Shown: positions 63,355 to 64,000 of the stretch, one piece after another
Numbering within the stretch: position 1 is the stretch's first letter
How the letters are laid out: each line of letters opens with the position of its first letter
DNA from: Nitrosopumilus sp.
GTDB lineage: Archaea > Thermoproteota > Nitrososphaeria > Nitrososphaerales > Nitrosopumilaceae
Assembly: GCA_965206745.1 (NCBI GenBank)
Contig: OZ242220.1
Coordinates: 1,152,001-1,216,000, forward strand
Direction of reading: 5' to 3'
DNA: 64,000 nt
Notes under the pieces: model-generated
What the model saw: only the letters and a program-made list of their open reading frames with translations
Database searches by the model: none
What the model was told of the DNA's origin: nothing
Translations under genes and position numbers: made by a program

Positions 63355-64000
63355 ATGATAATACAAAATTTTGATGACTTGGCAACTACAGAGAAGAGAA
63401 AGGATTGTCTGGAGATTTTAGAGGCAGGACTGCAAGCAGCAAATCCAGAAAATATCATTCCAAAATTTGTGGCGCCAAGTGAAATCAAGGTTAACGGAAC
63501 CTCATTGAATCTTGGGAAATATTCAAGCATCTATTCAGTGGCCTTTGGCAAGGCAGGAGATACAATGACTAGGGCACTAAATGCAGTTGTCCAGATAAAA
63601 AGCGGAATCATAGTTATTCCAAAGGGCTCAAAATCAATAATCAAGGGTAAAAAATTCCAGATTTTTAATTCCAGGCATCCAAAACCGGATAAAACAAGTG
63701 TGAAGGCGGCAAAAGAAGTCATGAAATTTGTCCAAAACAGGCGCAGTGACGAATTAATAATTTTTCTGGTCTCTGGTGGCGGCTCTTCACTTTTGGCAAT
63801 GCCTGATGAAATTACCCTAGAAGACAAAGTTCACGTAACTGACGTTTTGTTGAAATCAGGTGCGACCATTCAAGAATTCAACTGCATTAGAAAACACCTG
63901 TCAAAAATCAAGGGAGGCAAGCTTGTTGAAAATATGAAATGCCAAGGCGTGAGTTTGATAATGTCAGATGTTGAAGGTGACGATCTTTCATCCATTGCAT
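63355..64000 (+). CDS. Glycerate 2-kinase (MOFRL / DUF4147), 3' truncated by window edge
   Basis: Not in the ORF track; read manually: AFGKAG, HPKPD..S..AA, FLVSGGGSSL, SGATIQEFN.IRKHLS.IKGG.L, IMSDVEGDD. Confidence 0.92.
   Translation, partial: MIIQNFDDLATTEKRKDCLEILEAGLQAANPENIIPKFVAPSEIKVNGTSLNLGKYSSIYSVAFGKAGDTMTRALNAVVQIKSGIIVIPKGSKSIIKGKKFQIFNSRHPKPDKTSVKAAKEVMKFVQNRRSDELIIFLVSGGGSSLLAMPDEITLEDKVHVTDVLLKSGATIQEFNCIRKHLSKIKGGKLVENMKCQGVSLIMSDVEGDDLSSIA

Noticed and set aside
63339-63827. Minus-strand ORFs 63339-63530 and 63531-63827
   Set aside because: Antisense to the glycerate kinase gene on the + strand

Overview
Archaeal chromosomal segment, most likely from an ammonia-oxidising archaeon of the Nitrosopumilaceae. 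This is inferred from gene content and order: ATP-dependent DNA ligase, tRNA splicing endonuclease, PINA ATPase, archaeal AspRS, orphan A/V-ATPase subunit F, CdvC/Vps4, TrmB, a blue-copper protein, uvrBAC, an F420-type LLM enzyme and an Fe-ADH of the malonic-semialdehyde reductase type. Most of the window is core metabolism and repair (ilvB-ilvH-leuA-leuB, carAB, gltA, glycosylases). No rRNA, tRNA, CRISPR array or intact transposase was recognised. Main leads: (1) an apparently inserted, translationally coupled operon at 4.85-9.43 kb encoding a D-Ala-D-Ala-ligase-like ATP-grasp fused to a degenerate M20 peptidase domain, a cytoplasmic GGT with an altered glutamate pocket and an N-formylglutamate amidohydrolase, followed by a 20-aa acidic-tailed micro-ORF; this is a candidate undescribed peptide/amide ligation-and-recycling system; (2) an unannotated 19-aa Leu/Ile/Val-rich leader ORF directly upstream of the ilv/leu operon, suggesting ribosome-mediated attenuation in an archaeon; (3) a two-domain SDR carrying the YxxRxxY motif of the malonyl-CoA-reducing half of Chloroflexus-type MCR, a candidate for an unresolved step of the thaumarchaeal 3HP/4HB cycle; (4) carA with no canonical start codon; (5) a divergent ESCRT-III/CdvB paralogue upstream of cdvC; (6) an AT-rich solo HEPN gene. 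All calls come from motif reading and recall of protein families; no database search was run.
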